Below are positions 9,272-13,371 of a DNA stretch of 13,371 bases, in pieces. Position 1 is the first letter of the stretch. Each line of letters opens with the position of its first letter. A program made the translations under genes and the position numbers. The stretch lies in UHGV virus genome UHGV-0090146. One strand, 5' to 3'. This DNA comes from a virus. Under the pieces are notes generated by a model that saw nothing but the letters and a program-made list of their open reading frames with translations, was not told the origin of the DNA and ran no database searches.

Positions 9272-10225
9272 ATGAGATACGACTGGAAGGACATTGAACC
9301 AAAAATGCTCGGAAATTGGCAAGCTGCCATCATGTCTATCGTCAATGTGGATAGCAGAGTTTTCAATGGCAAGCACCAGCCATGCCCGTCATGCCTTGGC
9401 AAAGACAGGTATCGTTTTGATGATAACTTCGAAACAAAAGGCGATGGCGGAGCAATCTGCAACCAGTGTGGTTCCGGAAGCGGAATGAACTGGCTGATGA
9501 GACTATCCGGAATGAGCTTTCCTGAAGCACTGGAGGCGCTGGGAGGATTCCTGAACATGCACCCTCGCGAAAAGCTGGAGGCAATCAGGAAGGAACTACC
9601 GAAGATAAATCACAACGATGACTTCATCACCGAGCAGGAAGTCGCCGCGATCATGGCTAAAACGACTTGTGTCGCGATGAGTGAGTGGACGCTGATAAAT
9701 GGTATTGGTTGCGACATTAACGTCGTCAGAGGTAAATCCAGAGAGCTTATTGCGGTTGAGATGATGCGCTCTGACACAATGAAGCCATGCAACGTGGCAT
9801 TCATTGGCATGGGTGGTGATTCATTCAAAACTTTTTTCCGCGCAGGATACAACAAGTACTCAGCCATCAACGGTAAACTCACGCGCGGCGCGATAAGCCC
9901 AATCGGAGAAGATAACGGAAAGTTCATTTACCTGGTATCTGATTATGCAGATGCGTGGAAATGCCATTACTTCACTGGTGCGCATGTCTGGTGCTGCTGG
10001 TCGCCGGAAAACATGTGGGAAGTGGTGCGCTCTGTTAGCGATGAGGTGAAAGCGAGGTTGCGCTGCATAGTTAATTATAAATTCGACGAGCTGTGCGCCG
10101 CAGAGAATGCAGGCCTTCCGGTGATGCTTCCTGATGATGCTGACACTATCAGGATGGCAAAGAGAATCATGAGAAAGATTTATGACGCTGGCGAGTTGAT
10201 AGAAAAAATGTCAGTCAGCAGATAA
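9272..10225 (+). CDS. DNA primase (N-terminal zinc-ribbon; Toprim-like core inferred)
   Basis: Zinc-binding signature CPSCLGKDRYRFDD...GGAICNQCGSGSGMNWL, typical of phage/plasmid primase N-termini. AAGGG RBS 7 nt before ATG 9272. The track ORF begins at 9209 but would overlap the helicase start and candidate promoter. Confidence 0.65.
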   Translation: MRYDWKDIEPKMLGNWQAAIMSIVNVDSRVFNGKHQPCPSCLGKDRYRFDDNFETKGDGGAICNQCGSGSGMNWLMRLSGMSFPEALEALGGFLNMHPREKLEAIRKELPKINHNDDFITEQEVAAIMAKTTCVAMSEWTLINGIGCDINVVRGKSRELIAVEMMRSDTMKPCNVAFIGMGGDSFKTFFRAGYNKYSAINGKLTRGAISPIGEDNGKFIYLVSDYADAWKCHYFTGAHVWCCWSPENMWEVVRSVSDEVKARLRCIVNYKFDELCAAENAGLPVMLPDDADTIRMAKRIMRKIYDAGELIEKMSVSR

Positions 10226-10228
10226 AGG

Positions 10229-10253
10229 AAACCCTCCGATTGGAGGGTTTTTG
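10229..10253. terminator. Bidirectional rho-independent terminator between convergent primase and minus-strand operon
   Basis: Hairpin CCCTCC-GATT-GGAGGG (10232-10247) flanked by AAA on one side and TTTTT on the other. Confidence 0.75.
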
Positions 10254-10670
10254 TTATTCATTGAACTCTGGCGCTTGAGTCCAGAAGGCTACATTTCGCA
10301 GCGACTTACCCGTGTGATTGCACCAGTATATTCCTGAGTCATCATACTTGGCAGTAACCTTGACTCGATCAGCATCAATAATAACAACCTCCTGCCCATC
10401 ATTAGGGTCGAAAAGACGCGCATCTTTCCAGTTAGCAATCTCATTAAGGGAAAGAAGCACATAACCGGGAAGATAAGCTTCGACATCAGCGATGTGAACT
10501 ATTGTTCGCTCCGCTCTCTCTCCTGTGTAGTCTCCATTCCACTCATAAAGAATAATCGTGTCTCCAACCTTAAAATCACGATCGTTCTTTCTTAGCTCCG
10601 CCTTCTTGTGTCCGGTAACTACAGGCCAGAAGTGTTCAGGTAAGATTTTTAGTTCGTGTTTTTTGCTCAT
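10254..10670 (-). CDS. ASCH / DUF3850-like (PUA-fold) domain protein with C-terminal extension
   Basis: N-terminal MSKKHELKILPEHFWPVVTGHKKAELRKNDRDFKVGDTIILYEW fits the DUF3850/ASCH pattern as recalled. ATG at 10668-10670 has GAGGA 8 nt upstream and lies 1 nt from the stop of the upstream 65-aa gene. The in-frame extension to 10700 is less likely. Confidence 0.6.
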   Translation of the reverse strand: MSKKHELKILPEHFWPVVTGHKKAELRKNDRDFKVGDTIILYEWNGDYTGERAERTIVHIADVEAYLPGYVLLSLNEIANWKDARLFDPNDGQEVVIIDADRVKVTAKYDDSGIYWCNHTGKSLRNVAFWTQAPEFNE

Positions 10671-10671
10671 T

Positions 10672-10869
10672 TCAAACATCCTCATAACACCAATATGCAA
10701 CGCAAATTATTTCAACCAAATCATTTGATGATAAAAATTTATTACCATCATAAATTGCGTGAATTCTTTCACCATCAACAGTTAATGCCATAACATTTCT
10801 TCCTATCTGCGGACGCCAGAGATAGCAATCAAACCATTCAACATCATACCAATCATCTTCTGGACTCAT
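10672..10869 (-). CDS. Hypothetical protein (65 aa), translationally coupled
   Basis: ATG overlaps the stop of the 491-aa gene (ATGA) and is preceded by GAGGT. Its stop lies 1 nt before the ASCH gene start. No recognisable motif. Confidence 0.55.
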   Translation of the reverse strand: MSPEDDWYDVEWFDCYLWRPQIGRNVMALTVDGERIHAIYDGNKFLSSNDLVEIICVAYWCYEDV

Positions 10870-12341
10870 TTCAACCTCGGATTTATGTGCACAGTGTTTC
10901 CGATAAATACGCAGTAACCATCCTCTTCAAGTGATGGCAATACACTTGACCTGAGGCGGTCGTAAATTTTAGGTATTCCTTTGAATGGCCTAACATTTTT
11001 AAGTGAATCATAAAGCCACTTTACCGTTACGTTTGTTTTTCCTTTCTGAGCGGCAGAGCGTAGCTTTTCGGCAACAACATCAAATTCAGAACGCTCGCCA
11101 GCATATCCATTTGATTCCACGGCGTCGGTGAATGTTTTTGTCAGTGCGTCATAAACGCTGATAGCGCGACTAATTTCATTTTCACAGATAATTTTTGACC
11201 TCTTTCCTCCATCACACCAGTTTTCAGCAGCGTGAAATATTGCTGCCAGGCGGATTATTTGCTTATCAGCTTTACCCATTGCACCACGAAGAAGAACATG
11301 GTCCCACTTACCGCCTGGAAGGAAGTTTTTCTCCCACTGGTTTCGCAACATGCCGATCATTCTTGCTGAATCATTGTGAAGAGTCAGTCTTGTTTTTTCT
11401 GCTGACACAACATTATGTATAAATCTTGCATATTCCGACCTCAAGCTGTCTGGCATTGGCTTGCTTACAGGGCAGTCATTAACCATGTCCCAGTGTTCGC
11501 GATAGCCAAGCATTGATTGCTCGCGCAACATCAGGAAACGTTCAGAAAGACCGTTCCCCCTGTCGCCAGCGGCAAGAATGGCATCAATACTTTCATCCTG
11601 CGCAATCACACTTATGTTTCCAAGCACGTAACCAGATGAAACGCCACGACCAACACGAGCAGAGCCAATGAATCCTCCATCCCAGCCCTTCAGGATGACT
11701 TCGGCGTTTGCCTTTCCACCTTCTTTTCCGTAAGAGAGGCCAAGGCATGTGTTAAGGACGCTTGCCTCGTCACTTATCAGGTTAAAAAACCCACCTTCAT
11801 GGATGGCCTGATGCTGAACAGCCTCCGGCGTTGCGTCCGTCAGTGGATATGTAATCGTATAAAGCTCTTCCAGCTTCTCCTTTTCCCGAGCAATATCATC
11901 GCCGATTAGTGCCTTTGCATTCTGATTACTGGCCTCTTTATATGCCTTCATCAACTCTTCAATGCGAAGATTTATTTTTATGATCTGCTTTTCCATCTTT
12001 TTGGAAAGATTGTCATATTCAATCTTCACCGGATTCATGTGCATTGAGTTGATGGCGGTTTTCCCTGCTGATGGAGGCTGAGAAGTAACCACGTAAAGAG
12101 AAACTGGAAGTTCTGAATGGTAATACTCAACGCTAAAGTTTCTCGTCATTGCGCTGGCAACGCACCCAAGCAAATGCATGAACGATGTATTTATTGGGAA
12201 CTGAACGGCACGAGCTGCAGCGATTGCATAACGAGACAGCAAATCAGTCCGGTGCTCACTGGTAAGTTCTGTTTCTGAGTACGTTACATCACGCTCCTTA
12301 CCTTCCTTGATGTCAAGCCACATATTTGAGCTTGGTGTCAT
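10866..12341 (-). CDS. Hypothetical protein (491 aa) with degenerate P-loop NTPase-like motifs; possible DUF3987-like replication-associated protein
   Basis: Long ORF with SQPPSAGKTA (GKT, P-loop-like) and, about 90 aa later, FNLISDEAS (hydrophobic stretch plus DE, Walker-B-like). No canonical SD before ATG 12341 and an alternative Met at 12323, so the start is uncertain. Family assignment is from memory only. Confidence 0.8.
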   Translation of the reverse strand: MTPSSNMWLDIKEGKERDVTYSETELTSEHRTDLLSRYAIAAARAVQFPINTSFMHLLGCVASAMTRNFSVEYYHSELPVSLYVVTSQPPSAGKTAINSMHMNPVKIEYDNLSKKMEKQIIKINLRIEELMKAYKEASNQNAKALIGDDIAREKEKLEELYTITYPLTDATPEAVQHQAIHEGGFFNLISDEASVLNTCLGLSYGKEGGKANAEVILKGWDGGFIGSARVGRGVSSGYVLGNISVIAQDESIDAILAAGDRGNGLSERFLMLREQSMLGYREHWDMVNDCPVSKPMPDSLRSEYARFIHNVVSAEKTRLTLHNDSARMIGMLRNQWEKNFLPGGKWDHVLLRGAMGKADKQIIRLAAIFHAAENWCDGGKRSKIICENEISRAISVYDALTKTFTDAVESNGYAGERSEFDVVAEKLRSAAQKGKTNVTVKWLYDSLKNVRPFKGIPKIYDRLRSSVLPSLEEDGYCVFIGNTVHINPRLK

Positions 12342-12414
12342 GATGGAAGGCGACGCGAGCAGGAGATACTTTTAATTCCCTTGCTTCGTTGAAGATGTCT
12401 TGAGCTGTAATCAT
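12313..12414 (-). CDS. Possible small ORF (33 aa, MITAQDIFNEARELKVSPARVAFHHDTKLKYVA)
   Basis: ATG at 12412-12414 preceded by AAGGG with 7-nt spacer. It overlaps the stop of the upstream small ORF (TGATG) and the 5' end of the 491-aa gene. Too short to validate by sequence alone. Confidence 0.25.
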   Translation of the reverse strand: MITAQDIFNEARELKVSPARVAFHHDTKLKYVA

Positions 12415-12614
12415 CACTGAACCCTTAAAATTGTTAATTCGCATGTGTCCCTGTTGTATTTTGTCCAGTACACAAAGTCGCTTTTCTTCGAAATTTTGGA
12501 CAGGCACATCCTGAAAATAAGCACCTCAACACCTATCGCCTTAAGATTTATAATCTTTTTCTCGTCAACCCTCATTCTTGAGACTATATCGCGAACTCGT
12601 TTCATGTTTGACAT
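12414..12614 (-). CDS. Possible small ORF (66 aa from MSNMKRVRDIV...)
   Basis: Sits directly downstream of a strong minus-strand promoter candidate. Weak RBS. Basic protein with no recognisable domain. Confidence 0.3.
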   Translation of the reverse strand: MSNMKRVRDIVSRMRVDEKKIINLKAIGVEVLIFRMCLSKISKKSDFVYWTKYNRDTCELTILRVQ

Positions 12615-12650
12615 TTTTACCGCCAACCGTGGTTAATCATGGTGTGAAAG

Positions 12651-12679
12651 ATTATATAAAGATATAAACGAAATGGCAA
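12651..12679 (-). promoter_or_regulatory. Sigma70-like promoter for the minus-strand operon
   Basis: On the minus strand: TTGCCA (plus 12674-12679), exact 17-nt spacer, perfect TATAAT (plus 12651-12656). About 30-40 nt upstream of the first minus-strand ORF. Confidence 0.55.
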
Positions 12680-12740
12680 CCATATCATTCTTGGCGTGGT
12701 TTAAGCGACTAAATGGTTATCTGTGGGTAACGTGGGTAAG

Positions 12741-12767
12741 GCGTGGGGCAACCAACCTTCCCCACGA
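12741..12767. repeat. 27-bp repeat copy 1 (GCGTGGGGCAACCAACCTTCCCCACGA), internally palindromic
   Basis: Identical to the copy at 12929-12955. Contains inverted arms CGTGGGG / CCCCACG separated by 11 nt. Confidence 0.85.
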
Positions 12768-12928
12768 AGTTTTCCTATAAGTATATGTAATATAATAAAA
12801 TTATTATTATTTGGGTTAATGGGTACAAATGGATTATTTGAATATATTTATAAGGGGATGGGTATGAAATCTTCCCCTTTTTACCCACGAAAAATAAAAA
12901 CATTCAAATCAATTATTTACGATGAAAA

Positions 12929-12955
12929 GCGTGGGGCAACCAACCTTCCCCACGA
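12929..12955. repeat. 27-bp repeat copy 2 (identical to 12741-12767)
   Basis: Exact 27/27 match to copy 1, 188 bp away, in the same orientation. Confidence 0.85.
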
Positions 12956-13008
12956 CCTGCCCCACGGGCAAAAATTTACCCCACGAGCACGTTTTTAACG
13001 CATTCCTG

Positions 13009-13037
13009 TTGACGTGGAATCATAGCTGATGTAGATT
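13009..13037 (+). promoter_or_regulatory. Sigma70-like promoter for the rightward small-gene operon
   Basis: TTGACG (13009-13014), 17-nt spacer, TAGATT (13032-13037). GAGGGTGAAGAG RBS and ATG at 13068 lie about 30 nt downstream. Confidence 0.5.
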
Positions 13038-13067
13038 GAACTCATCGAAACAAACGAGGGTGAAGAG

Positions 13068-13214
13068 ATGAAAATCAAAGACCGTGAAGAATTTGAAGAT
13101 GCACAGGCTATGGCTCGCATTGCAGTTGAACGCACAAACAACAGCATTCCAGCAGATGCATTCTGGAACGCTGCAATGCAGGCATTAATCTCAGCGTATG
13201 GGTTAAGCAAATGA
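13068..13214 (+). CDS. Hypothetical small protein (48 aa, MKIKDREEFEDAQAMARIAVERTNN...)
   Basis: Not in the ORF track because it is short. RBS GAGGGTG upstream. Its stop overlaps the next ATG (ATGA). Confidence 0.45.
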   Translation: MKIKDREEFEDAQAMARIAVERTNNSIPADAFWNAAMQALISAYGLSK

Positions 13215-13306
13215 CAGGCGCATCATTTGAACTTATCGCCAGTCTGGTTATCGTGGCATTCATCATTATCGCAGTGGCAGTTTCTAAATCAGGATATAAG
13301 GAGTAA
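13211..13306 (+). CDS. Hypothetical small membrane peptide (31 aa, single predicted TM helix)
   Basis: MTGASFELIASLVIVAFIIIAVAVSKSGYKE has a hydrophobic core flanked by charged residues. ATGA overlap with the upstream gene. The downstream AAGGAG serves the next gene. Confidence 0.35.
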   Translation: MTGASFELIASLVIVAFIIIAVAVSKSGYKE

Positions 13307-13309
13307 TAA

Positions 13310-13371
13310 ATGGCAAAGACTATCTATCGTCGCGAAAAACTGGAACAAGAACTCGGTCACGTTGGCGCGCA
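13310..13371 (+). CDS. Hypothetical protein, 5' end only (MAKTIYRREKLEQELGHVGA...)
   Basis: ATG at 13310 preceded by AAGGAG at optimal spacing. ORF runs off the window end. Confidence 0.5.
   Translation, partial: MAKTIYRREKLEQELGHVGA

Larger units (their letters stand above)
12723..12990. promoter_or_regulatory. Iteron-like motif cluster flanking an AT-rich core (candidate origin of replication or operator array)
   Basis: At least eight CGTGGG(T/G) / CCCCACG(A/G) motif copies in both orientations: GTGGGTAA 12723-12730, CGTGGGTAA 12731-12739, 12742-12748, 12760-12767, TTACCCACG 12881-12889, 12931-12937, 12949-12955, 12960-12967, 12979-12986. They surround a roughly 100-bp AT-rich stretch (about 12770-12870). 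Confidence 0.5.

Noticed and set aside
12445-12636. 63-aa + strand ORF in the leader region
   Set aside because: Antisense to the candidate minus-strand small ORFs, with no promoter or RBS on the + strand and an Ile/Phe/Leu-rich translation.
12711-12730. DnaA-box-like sequence (TTATCTGTGG)
   Set aside because: Only a partial resemblance to the TTATCCACA consensus. The repeated unit here is CGTGGG/CCCACG, not a DnaA box.
12723-12990. Possible CRISPR array
   Set aside because: Repeats occur in both orientations with irregular spacing and variable length. There is no regular repeat-spacer periodicity and no cas genes.
12723-12998. 91-aa + strand ORF spanning the repeat cluster
   Set aside because: Begins with a non-ATG codon inside a repeat, has no RBS, and its low-complexity translation is dictated by the G-rich repeats and the AT-rich core. 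It lies between two divergent promoters pointing away from it.
1-13371. tRNA or other structured RNA genes
   Set aside because: No cloverleaf-compatible segments with conserved T-loop or anticodon features were seen by eye. This cannot be excluded without a tRNA-scanning tool.

Overview
This window reads as a contiguous piece of a tailed-phage (siphovirus-like) genome, either a phage or a prophage; the T1-like/Drexlerviridae resemblance is only an impression from gene content and was not checked. All calls come from reading the six-frame translations and the DNA by eye, with no database search. Left to right: (1) the 3' part of a lambda-J-like tail tip gene and a tailspike gene with a pectate-lyase-type beta-helix (+ strand), closed by a bidirectional terminator; (2) a compact minus-strand recombination/replication block of SSB, a Walker-A RecA-like ATPase, a PD-(D/E)xK exonuclease, a VRR-NUC nuclease and an SF2 helicase, divergent from a + strand zinc-ribbon primase; (3) a second bidirectional terminator; (4) a minus-strand chain of overlapping or near-abutting genes of unknown function (491-aa P-loop-like protein, 65-aa protein, ASCH/DUF3850-like protein, plus two possible small upstream ORFs); (5) a roughly 700-bp region with little convincing coding content, holding two identical 27-bp palindromic repeats, further CCCCACG/CGTGGG motif copies in both orientations and an AT-rich core, bracketed by two good divergent sigma70-like promoters; (6) the start of a rightward operon of small genes. 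The most interesting candidates are the repeat/AT-rich region (possible origin or operator array) and the adjacent operon of unknowns. No DNA polymerase, integrase, repressor, tRNA or CRISPR array was recognised.
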